Positions 1 through 7,070 of a DNA stretch of 56,368 nt are shown in pieces (the first letter of the stretch is position 1; the number at the start of each line of letters is the position of its first letter). Location: contig CAYJED010000006.1 of NCBI GenBank assembly GCA_964369115.1, forward strand, positions 1 to 56,368, written 5' to 3'. Source of the stretch: an uncultured Candidatus Saccharibacteria bacterium (GTDB taxonomy: Bacteria; Patescibacteriota; Minisyncoccia; Phycocordibacterales; UBA5272). A program made the position numbers and the translations under genes. The notes beneath the pieces were generated by a model. The model was not told the origin of the DNA. It worked only from the letters and a program-made list of their open reading frames with translations, and ran no database searches.

Positions 1-368
1 ACAAGGCACGGCTAGCGGAAGCTGGTCGTGGATTAATTCAATGTGAAATCGGTCAGCATACCTATTTAATAGGGTGTTCGACTCTTGTCGATATATTGTT
101 TTCAATAGAGGACTTAATAATGATCCTTATAACATTATTCGCGTTACAGCGAAACGTAACAAAAGTCTCGTTAAGAGCTGGAGTGTGACAAAAGAAAGAT
201 AAAAACTTCTGTGTAATGTATGTATAAATGGAAATCTTAGCGAGATGTTGTAGGGTGTAAACTTTACACATTTCACCTAAGCTTTTCATATATAATGAAA
301 CAAACCGGACGCTATTGCGATCCGGTTTTCTCCGTTATTGTGTAAGTAAAAGAAATAGATAGAAGAGT

Positions 369-395
369 AAAAGGTGGAGCGCTTTGCGCTCCACC
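369..395 (-). terminator. Intrinsic terminator downstream of the 399..755 gene
   Basis: Perfect GC-rich stem ggtggagcgc/gcgctccacc (373-395) with a 3-nt loop. A4 at 369-372 gives a U-run on the minus strand, immediately after the stop codon at 399-401. Confidence 0.6.
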
Positions 396-398
396 TTT

Positions 399-755
399 TC
401 AAATTCGTAGTGCTCCTTTTTTAAGGACACCAGCTTTTTTCATTTGAGCAATTTTTTGAAGCGGTGTTTTCTTTTCCTCTTTCCATTTGCTCCAAACACC
501 GTCCCTATGTCTCTTGTGAAAAAGTTGATATTCGTAACCACAAGCTATTTTATTTGTTGATAGTTGCTCAGCAACAATGAAAGGGATAATAAAAACAGAA
601 ATGTATTTGCCACAATAAAATATGGAAACTTCTTTTGCTTCTAGTTGATGGTGTGCAAGGTATTCGCAGATACGAGTTCTTGTAAGTTCATGAACGCTTT
701 GCACTCGCCATGTGTGCATTTCGAGTTGTGTTCGACGAAGCGGGGTAAGTTTCAT
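399..755 (-). CDS. Hypothetical protein (about 118 aa)
   Basis: ORF-track frame 399..815. I prefer the internal ATG at 755 (MKLTPLRRTQ...). It has its own terminator. No family recognised. Confidence 0.45.
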   Translation of the reverse strand: MKLTPLRRTQLEMHTWRVQSVHELTRTRICEYLAHHQLEAKEVSIFYCGKYISVFIIPFIVAEQLSTNKIACGYEYQLFHKRHRDGVWSKWKEEKKTPLQKIAQMKKAGVLKKGALRI

Positions 756-878
756 GCTTTTCTCCAGAAGGAACAACGGTTGTCTATTTCTACATGAAAA
801 GAGGTTCTTTTGCAAGCTATTGACTTATACATATAAAATGTTGTAATAAAAAACGGTGTTCTTTTACGGAGTTTCTTA

Positions 879-1103
879 ATGCAACGAGCAAAATCGATCA
901 ACCAGGTTCTGGTTGAAACCACCGCATCCGCTGGACCTGTCCGCCGCAATGGCACCATCATCGAGAAGAAAAAAGGTGACTGGGTGTGGTGGCTGATCAG
1001 CGTGTTCTTGATGTACATCGCTGTTGGCTCTGTGTACTTCCCGCAGACGGTGCCTGAGTTCATTAAAGAGCTTTTCTGGATCTGGGTCTCTACCTGGTCC
1101 TGA
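879..1103 (+). CDS. Small membrane protein (74 aa), hypothetical
   Basis: ATG start and one hydrophobic helix (WVWWLISVFLMYIAVGSVYF). A strong terminator follows directly. Visibly GC-richer than its surroundings. Confidence 0.5.
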   Translation: MQRAKSINQVLVETTASAGPVRRNGTIIEKKKGDWVWWLISVFLMYIAVGSVYFPQTVPEFIKELFWIWVSTWS

Positions 1104-1118
1104 GAATTGATTTTCTGA

Positions 1119-1160
1119 GGCCGTAAACGCAAAGCGTTTGCGGCCTTTCCTCTTTCCTCT
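1119..1160 (+). terminator. Intrinsic terminator
   Basis: 12-bp stem ggccgtaaacgc/gcgtttgcggcc (one G-U pair) with loop aaa, followed by a T-rich tract tttcctctttcctcttttt. Confidence 0.7.
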
Positions 1161-1198
1161 TTTTATGTTAGTATAGTAGCTACATCTTTTAGATATAT

Positions 1199-1246
1199 GC
1201 GTGATTAGCTTAGTCAGGCTTCGGCATTGCGACTGATGCTCGAAAG
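1199..1246 (+). pseudogene. Decayed copy of the 5' half of tRNA-Ile(GAU)
   Basis: gcgtgattagcttagtcaggcttcggcattgcgactgatgctcgaaag aligns with the first ~47 nt of the intact tRNA-Ile at 1302, including the anticodon loop ctgat. No T-arm or matching 3' acceptor strand follows. Confidence 0.55.
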
Positions 1247-1301
1247 ATGCTTTTCTTCTTAGACCTTTCGATAGTAATAATCACAAAAGAAAACTATATA
1301 C

Positions 1302-1375
1302 GCGCGATTAGCTCAGCTGGCTAGAGCATTCGACTGATACTCGAAAGGTCCCTGGTTCGACCCCAGGATCGCGCA
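1302..1375 (+). tRNA. tRNA-Ile (anticodon GAT)
   Basis: Folded by hand into a cloverleaf: acceptor gcgcgat/atcgcgc, D-arm gctc..gagc, anticodon stem ttcga/tcgaa with loop ctGATac, T-arm cctgg-ttcgacc-ccagg, discriminator A. CCA is not encoded. Confidence 0.93.
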
Positions 1376-1383
1376 CAAATAAT

Positions 1384-1417
1384 ACAAAACCTCCTCAATA
1401 AAGGGGGTTTTGTTCTT
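1384..1417 (+). terminator. Intrinsic terminator after tRNA-Ile
   Basis: Stem acaaaacctcc/gggggttttgt with an 8-nt loop and a T-rich 3' side. Confidence 0.55.
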
Positions 1418-1518
1418 CTGTAGAAACGTTGAAGTTAAAGTTAGAAATTAGACTGATTTCATTTAGTTTGTGTAAACAAGAATTATGAAAATAATTATCT
1501 CGTGTATACTTAGTGCAT

Positions 1519-3285
1519 ATGATTAAAAAAATAGTATCAATAAGTTTTCTTGCTGTTATTTTAAGTCTGAGCAACCATTTTATTGTTATGGCAGAAGTAA
1601 AAGAAATAGAAGATATCACTGTTTTATCTTTACAAAATGGAAATGAACCATGGAGTCTCGGTAGAAGCGGTGGAATTTCTGTTTTTCTTCAGCACCCATC
1701 AATTATAAATACGTCAAACCTTCTCGTTGTTTCTTTGGTTGACGGTTTAGGTAAAAGTTTTTTCTTATGTCAGTCAACAGAATTATTTTGTCGTTATAGT
1801 GTAAACCAGACAATGATAGATTTTTTTAAGGACTCTTCTGGGCCTTTAAAAATAAAAATATGCGATAAAGCTCGATGTGATACACAAGGGTCGTATTCAA
1901 AATTTTCTGTTTATTTAGAAAAAAATGTTTCATTTGATGGAGGTATTCTTTCGAGGTCACATGGAGATGTTTATATTTATAAAAAAAATAATCAGGAGTA
2001 TAGAGTGCCGTGTTTCTTTAATGCTGAAGATATTTTACGTGAACTGTATGTTAGGGGAGCAATAAGTTTAACTGAATCAAGAGATCAAAATAATATTTCT
2101 ATAATAAAAAATATTGTTGTAAACACAGAAGGAAACATATCATCGTTATCTGCTGTTGGTTATCTTCAAACCACATACCCAAACGGAATATCATACTGCA
2201 GATTACCTCAGAGTTATACTGAAACATCGCCTACTCCTTCTGGAAGTGTGGATGTACAAAACAATGTTTCAAATCTAAGAAGTGTTGGTGTAAATGAGAC
2301 TACAGGAGGTATTCAGCTTATGTGGAACCTCCCTACTGAAGTTCCTGTAAATGAGTCATATCGGTTAAGTTCTTATGAGATTTATCTAATTGAATATGAT
2401 CAGAACGGAATCGCTTCTTCAGAAAAGTTGCAAACAACAATCGCACCAACCACCTCGTATGTATTGTCATCTTTAAAAAGGGGAGTAAAGTATACAGTTA
2501 TTCTGCGAGGTAAAAGCTCTTCGAGAAACATCGTAACAGTGGATACACTTACAGATACGTTCTTAAAATCAGAAAATACATCACAGACATCATCTCAATT
2601 AAAAGAAAACACCCTCGGTCTTCGTGTTACAAGTAAAAATGAGGCTACAGGAGGTATTCAGCTTATGTGGAACCTCCCTACTGAAGTTCCTTCAAGTGAA
2701 GCCTATCGTGTAAATGTTTTTGAAGTTGCTTATACAGAGTATGACGCTCAAGGGAGAGCTCTTTCAGAAATCTTCAAGACAAGGATTTCTCCAACAAACT
2801 ACTATTCTTTTTCACCACTCAAGAAAGATACTAAGTACACAATCACTCTTAAAGGTAAAAGTAGTACAGGAAACATCGTAACAGTGGATACACTTACAGA
2901 TACGTTCTTAACTACGTTTACTCCAAGGACAACAAACCCAACACCTGCTCCATGGTCAGAAACAAAACCCCCAGTAACGACACTTCCCCCGGTTACAGAC
3001 CTTTCTCCAGTTGCAGATAGTTCACGTCTTGTACTTCAGGTGACGCAGCGAAACATTCTCGTGCGTGGATTTGTTGAAAGTGTCGAAGGGGATAAGCTTC
3101 GTGTTCGTACTTTTGGTGGGTACTGGAATGTAAAAATTTCACCAAGTACAACATATGTACCTGCGTCAAATGGTAGACCAAGAATCTCTGTTGGTGACTT
3201 TATCGGAGCACGAGGAACACTTTCTTCTACAGAAAGCTATACCTTTACGGCGGACGCTTTTCGTAACAGAACCCTTAACCCATAG
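1519..3285 (+). CDS. Secreted repeat protein: signal peptide, two tandem ~115-aa beta-sandwich-like repeats, Pro/Thr linker, C-terminal OB/DUF5666-like domain
   Basis: ORF-track frame 1513..3285, using the ATG at 1519 (MIKKIVSISFLAVILSL.. hydrophobic N-terminus). GGIQLMWNLPTEVP...KYT..L.GKSS..NIVTVDTLTDTFL occurs twice. The PT-rich linker is TPRTTNPTPAPWSETKPPVTTLPPV. Confidence 0.8.
   Translation: MIKKIVSISFLAVILSLSNHFIVMAEVKEIEDITVLSLQNGNEPWSLGRSGGISVFLQHPSIINTSNLLVVSLVDGLGKSFFLCQSTELFCRYSVNQTMIDFFKDSSGPLKIKICDKARCDTQGSYSKFSVYLEKNVSFDGGILSRSHGDVYIYKKNNQEYRVPCFFNAEDILRELYVRGAISLTESRDQNNISIIKNIVVNTEGNISSLSAVGYLQTTYPNGISYCRLPQSYTETSPTPSGSVDVQNNVSNLRSVGVNETTGGIQLMWNLPTEVPVNESYRLSSYEIYLIEYDQNGIASSEKLQTTIAPTTSYVLSSLKRGVKYTVILRGKSSSRNIVTVDTLTDTFLKSENTSQTSSQLKENTLGLRVTSKNEATGGIQLMWNLPTEVPSSEAYRVNVFEVAYTEYDAQGRALSEIFKTRISPTNYYSFSPLKKDTKYTITLKGKSSTGNIVTVDTLTDTFLTTFTPRTTNPTPAPWSETKPPVTTLPPVTDLSPVADSSRLVLQVTQRNILVRGFVESVEGDKLRVRTFGGYWNVKISPSTTYVPASNGRPRISVGDFIGARGTLSSTESYTFTADAFRNRTLNP
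2292..2911 (+). repeat. Tandem intragenic repeat, period 345 nt, with two perfectly conserved boundary blocks
   Basis: The 47-nt block at 2300-2346 is identical to 2645-2691. The 42-nt block at 2525-2566 is identical to 2870-2911. The interiors between the blocks are strongly diverged. Confidence 0.9.
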
Positions 3286-3298
3286 TTTATTTATTTTC

Positions 3299-3333
3299 AA
3301 AACCGCTTCTGTGTACGAAGCGGTTTTGTTTTG
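3299..3333 (+). terminator. Intrinsic terminator
   Basis: 11-bp stem aaaaccgcttc/gaagcggtttt with a 7-nt loop, followed by gttttgg. Confidence 0.7.
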
Positions 3334-3347
3334 GTATAGTTTCTAGT

Positions 3348-4346
3348 ATGGAATCCAGTAATGTCTCTCTTAAGTTGTACAGCTCTCTTTCTATTGGTGG
3401 AAGAGGAGATATGATTGTTGTTTCATCGCTTCGTGATCTTTTTTCTGCAATGATGCTTGCAAAGAGGGAGCATAAAAAAATAATTACATTAGGTGAAGGG
3501 ACAAATGTGTTTTTTGGAGACACCTTCAAGTCTACTCTTTTTGTTCGTAATTATATGAAAGGTGTTTCTGTGTTTGATGAAGGTGATACCGTGCTTGTCA
3601 CTGCGTGTGGCGGGGAAACATTTGATGAAGTGGTGCAGTTCTGTGTAGAAAATGGTTTTTGGGGAATAGAAAATCTCTCCCTTATTCCGGGAACTGTAGG
3701 GGCTGCTCCTATTCAAAATATTGGAGCATATGGAAGAGAATTGGCGGATGTTTTTGTTTCTCTTTCAGCTCTTGATACGGAAACATCAAATGTTGTTGAG
3801 ATACCTAAAGAAGCCTGTGCTTTTGGGTATCGCGACTCGCTATTTAAAAAAACCAACCATCGTTACTCTATTATTTCCGTTACATTAAGACTTTCAAAAC
3901 TGGCTACCCCTTTACTTAACTATGCACCACTTACAGAACTAAAAAACCCAACCTTAAAAGAGATTCGTGAATGCGTCATTTCCACACGACAAGCAAAACT
4001 CCCTGACTGGAAACGTTTTCCAAATGCTGGTTCATTTTTTAAGAATCCTGTAGTTTCAAAAGAAGAAGGTGAAGCTTTGAGGGTTTCATATAAGACCTTA
4101 CCACTTATTACTCACACAGATGGGTATAAAATTCCTGCAGCATGGCTTATAGAACATGTTGCAGAAATTAAGGGGGTAAGAAAAGGAAATGTGGGCACAT
4201 GGCCACAGCAGTCACTTGTGCTTGTTAATTACGGAGAGGAGACAAAAGCAGAAGAACTCCTTAAGTATTCTTCCGAAATAGCATTTAAAATAAAGGAAAA
4301 AACAGGAATTCTCTTGGAAAGAGAAGTGAATTATATAAGTGAATAA
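3348..4346 (+). CDS. murB: UDP-N-acetylenolpyruvoylglucosamine reductase
   Basis: FAD-binding N-terminus (GGRGD..ITLGEGTNVFF), PGTVGAAPIQNIGAYG, FGYRDSLFK, and PNAGSFFKNP in the C-terminal domain. Typical MurB length. Confidence 0.9.
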   Translation: MESSNVSLKLYSSLSIGGRGDMIVVSSLRDLFSAMMLAKREHKKIITLGEGTNVFFGDTFKSTLFVRNYMKGVSVFDEGDTVLVTACGGETFDEVVQFCVENGFWGIENLSLIPGTVGAAPIQNIGAYGRELADVFVSLSALDTETSNVVEIPKEACAFGYRDSLFKKTNHRYSIISVTLRLSKLATPLLNYAPLTELKNPTLKEIRECVISTRQAKLPDWKRFPNAGSFFKNPVVSKEEGEALRVSYKTLPLITHTDGYKIPAAWLIEHVAEIKGVRKGNVGTWPQQSLVLVNYGEETKAEELLKYSSEIAFKIKEKTGILLEREVNYISE

Positions 4347-4348
4347 AT

Positions 4349-4377
4349 TTGCATTATTTACAATAATGTGTTATTAT
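4349..4377 (+). promoter_or_regulatory. Candidate sigma70-type promoter
   Basis: TTGCAT (4349-4354), 17-nt spacer, TATTAT (4372-4377), about 75 nt upstream of the ATG at 4453. Confidence 0.35.
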
Positions 4378-4452
4378 AAGTAAATACCGCCGCACTGAAA
4401 AGTAAAACATAAGTGTCGGTTTTTCATTTACAACATAACAAGGAGACCCGGT

Positions 4453-4794
4453 ATGGGGTTTAAGGTTGGTTTCATCTCGTTCGCCTTTCAAGAAAGGCGA
4501 TATGTTTTCGACAACAAGACACAAGCGCTTGCTTTGGTTGGTTTGTACGGAACGACGTATTTCCTTCATTACTACAACGGTGGCCTGGCTATTCTTCGGC
4601 CGAATCTTTTTCAGCAGCTGGAACCCGAGGAGATCCCTTGGGTTCCGACCAAAGAAGAAGCACGTCGTCGTCTTGAAGAAAGTGATAAAAAGATTCCGGA
4701 AGAAAAAATCATTTTTTGCGGACGTGAAATTCCTAAAAGCTGGTGGGGTGAACATCAGCAAGAGCCGGAAGATTGGATGCTTTCAGCTGTGTGA
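4453..4794 (+). CDS. Hypothetical protein (113 aa), GC-rich orphan
   Basis: Strong SD aaggaga (4440-4446) lies 6 nt before the ATG. A terminator follows at 4812. Chosen over the overlapping frames 4466..4807(+) and 4354..4761(-). Confidence 0.55.
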   Translation: MGFKVGFISFAFQERRYVFDNKTQALALVGLYGTTYFLHYYNGGLAILRPNLFQQLEPEEIPWVPTKEEARRRLEESDKKIPEEKIIFCGREIPKSWWGEHQQEPEDWMLSAV

Positions 4795-4811
4795 CTGCTC
4801 TTTCTAAAAAC

Positions 4812-4837
4812 AAGGCCGCATGTATGCGGCCTTTTTT
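4812..4837 (+). terminator. Intrinsic terminator
   Basis: Stem aaggccgca/tgcggcctt followed by T6. Confidence 0.8.
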
Positions 4838-4866
4838 ATTTATTATATTCTTGTTAGGATACACAT

Positions 4867-5550
4867 ATGTCAGGAACTCTCTATATTGTCCCAACCCCAA
4901 TTGGTAATCTCGAAGATATTACACTTCGAGCTATTCGTGTACTTAAGGAAGTAGACATGGTGCTATGCGAAGATACCTCTGTTACTCAGCGGCTTTTTAA
5001 AGAATATGATATTAGTACAAAGACTACCGTATTTTACGCTCAAACTGGTGTAAAAAATATTGAAAAGATTTTAGAAGGTTTAGAAAATGGAGCAGAGTAC
5101 GCTCTTGTGTCTGATGCCGGAACACCAACTATTTCTGACCCTGGAGTACTTCTCGTGCAAAAAATATATGAATCACTTCAAGAAGTTAAGGTTATTGCTC
5201 TTCCTGGGGCTTCAGCTCTCACTGCCTCTCTTTCGGTGTCAGGGATTAGTTCTTCGACATTTACTTTTTATGGATTTTTGCCACATAAAAAAGGAAGAGA
5301 AACACTCTTTAAAAAAATAGCTGAAAGTGAAGATGTTTCAGTTTTTTATGAGTCGGTACACAGAATTATAAAAACACTAGAATCCCTTAAGGTTTTTCTT
5401 AAAGAAGATAGAGTTATTGTGGTAACAAGGGAGCTTACAAAGCTTCATGAGGAAATTATTCGAGGAAGTGCAGAAGAAGTTCTTGCGCACTTCAGTACTC
5501 ATAAAGACCATATTCGTGGGGAGTTTGTGGTTATTGTTTCCCCAAAATAA
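4867..5550 (+). CDS. rsmI: 16S rRNA (cytidine1402-2'-O)-methyltransferase
   Basis: N-terminal LYIVPTPIGNLEDITLRA..VLCEDT, then SDAGTPTISDPG and PGASA. Length fits the tetrapyrrole-methylase fold of RsmI. Confidence 0.9.
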   Translation: MSGTLYIVPTPIGNLEDITLRAIRVLKEVDMVLCEDTSVTQRLFKEYDISTKTTVFYAQTGVKNIEKILEGLENGAEYALVSDAGTPTISDPGVLLVQKIYESLQEVKVIALPGASALTASLSVSGISSSTFTFYGFLPHKKGRETLFKKIAESEDVSVFYESVHRIIKTLESLKVFLKEDRVIVVTRELTKLHEEIIRGSAEEVLAHFSTHKDHIRGEFVVIVSPK

Positions 5551-5593
5551 TCCTGTTGAGGTAAGGGGAATAGTTGTGTATACTGGGAGTTAT

Positions 5594-5806
5594 ATGTCGC
5601 CGCTTGGAATTAAACGATTTGTTGCTTTTCTCCTTATTATTTCTCCGTGGATTTTTATACCAACCATTTTTAAAGATATTGTTTTTATGGTTGCAGGAGT
5701 ATTTCTTTTTATTAGCACACTTGATCTTCGTAAGAGAGTGGTTCCATCTCCAACCCATCAAGAAACAGAAAGTAAACCTTCTGCTCCCTATATCGTGAAC
5801 GCATGA
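5594..5806 (+). CDS. Small membrane protein (70 aa), hypothetical
   Basis: Downstream part of track ORF 5447..5806, starting at ATG 5594. It has two hydrophobic segments. Its TGA overlaps the ATG of the next gene (ATGA at 5803-5806), which suggests translational coupling. Confidence 0.4.
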   Translation: MSPLGIKRFVAFLLIISPWIFIPTIFKDIVFMVAGVFLFISTLDLRKRVVPSPTHQETESKPSAPYIVNA

Positions 5807-7014
5807 AGTCTTTTATTGTTTCTCTCCTTGTTCTTACTTTCGTTGTTTTTTTTGTTACTGAAGGAAGAAGTAATTCTCCGTATGTAGCAGGTATAGGAAA
5901 AGAGCATTATGTAAAAGGGGGCAACGAAGATGAAAAAGCAAACTCAACTTCAACAGAAGTTTTTATAGAGACAGCAACAACTATTGCTACCACAACAGCT
6001 AAGGTCACTCATGTGCAAACTCCTGAACATGTAAAAGCAATTTACATGTCCTCATGGGTTGCTGGAACACCATCTATTCGTGAACGTCTTGTAAAACTTA
6101 TTGACGAAACTGAACTTAACGCTGTGGTGATTGATGTAAAAGATAATACAGGGGTTTTGACTTGGGATGAGCGAGCAAAAGATATAGATGCTTTTGTGGA
6201 AGAGCTTCATAAGAAAAATATTTATGTTATTGCGCGTATTTCAGTATTTCAAGACCCTGCTTATGTGAAAAAGCATCCGGAGCTTGCTGTGCAAAATATA
6301 AAAACAGGAGGTATTTGGAAAGATCATAAAGGGGTCCCGTGGATTGATACTGGGTCACGACAGGTGTGGGAGTATGCAGCAGAAGTTGGTAAAGAGGCTT
6401 ACGAAAGAGGGTTTGATGAGCTTAACTACGATTACATTCGTTTCCCAACAGATGGAGACCTAAAAGCGATGCTATTCCCTGTTTCAGGGGATCGTGCTCT
6501 TACCGATAAACCGGGAATTGTTGGAGAGTTTTATAAATACCTTTATGATGAGTTTAAGCCGCTCGGTATCCCAATTTCAGGAGATTTATTTGGTATTATT
6601 GCAACAAACAATAATGAAACAAAAACACTCGGACAGGATCTAAGAGATGCTTATAAATATTTTGATTATGTTGCTCTTATGGTGTATCCGTCACATTACT
6701 ATAAGGGAACAGCAGGCTTTGATAATCCTGCAGCTCACCCATATGAGATTATTGATTATGCAACACTTGGTGCGGTTGCTATAGCTGAAGAAACAGCGAG
6801 CTCTACGCGTAATGGAGCGGGAGCGTCTCTTTATGCTACAAGTACTTTAATTGCAAAGCTTCGTCCGTGGTATCAAGATTTTGATATGGGTGCAACATAT
6901 ACTGCCCAGATGGTGCGCGCTCAGATAAAAGCAGGTGAGAAGCACGGGGTTCATTCTTGGATGTTGTGGGATCCTTCAAATAAATACACTAAAGAAGCGC
7001 TCCTTCCCCAGTAA
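5803..7014 (+). CDS. Exported putative glycoside hydrolase-like TIM-barrel protein (DUF4015-like)
   Basis: N-terminal TM/signal segment. KAIYMSSWVAG...TELNAVVIDVKDNTG...IYVIARISVFQD...YDYIRFPTDGD resembles the PF13200 family as I remember it. Confidence 0.6.
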   Translation: MKSFIVSLLVLTFVVFFVTEGRSNSPYVAGIGKEHYVKGGNEDEKANSTSTEVFIETATTIATTTAKVTHVQTPEHVKAIYMSSWVAGTPSIRERLVKLIDETELNAVVIDVKDNTGVLTWDERAKDIDAFVEELHKKNIYVIARISVFQDPAYVKKHPELAVQNIKTGGIWKDHKGVPWIDTGSRQVWEYAAEVGKEAYERGFDELNYDYIRFPTDGDLKAMLFPVSGDRALTDKPGIVGEFYKYLYDEFKPLGIPISGDLFGIIATNNNETKTLGQDLRDAYKYFDYVALMVYPSHYYKGTAGFDNPAAHPYEIIDYATLGAVAIAEETASSTRNGAGASLYATSTLIAKLRPWYQDFDMGATYTAQMVRAQIKAGEKHGVHSWMLWDPSNKYTKEALLPQ

Positions 7015-7070
7015 TATCAACTAGGCTCTCCTTAGTTTAAAGGCTATACTTTATAGAGTATTACTTTCTT

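Noticed and set aside
3-289. An open frame 3..188 (+) running in from the window edge, and track ORF 62..289 (-), in the first 300 nt.
   Set aside because: Neither protein resembles any family I recognise. They overlap each other and neither has an SD. The plus frame may be the C-terminus of a gene starting outside the window, but I cannot support that. A hairpin at 303-327 (aaccgga...tccggtt followed by a T-run) suggests that something here is transcribed.
752-1132. 126-aa minus-strand ORF overlapping both small genes.
   Set aside because: It spans the divergent promoter region and lies antisense to the GC-rich 879..1103 gene. Long antisense frames are expected in GC-rich segments. It has no terminator or SD of its own.
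2292-2911. Diversity-generating retroelement (TR/VR pair) as an explanation for the intragenic repeats.
   Set aside because: No reverse transcriptase is present in the window. The differences between the copies are not restricted to adenine positions, and the interiors are broadly diverged.
4354-4807. Alternative frames 4354..4761 (-) and 4466..4807 (+) overlapping 4453..4794.
   Set aside because: Only the 4453 frame has a strong SD at the correct spacing and ends just before the terminator. The other two have low-complexity, Arg/Lys/Phe-rich translations typical of off-frame reading.
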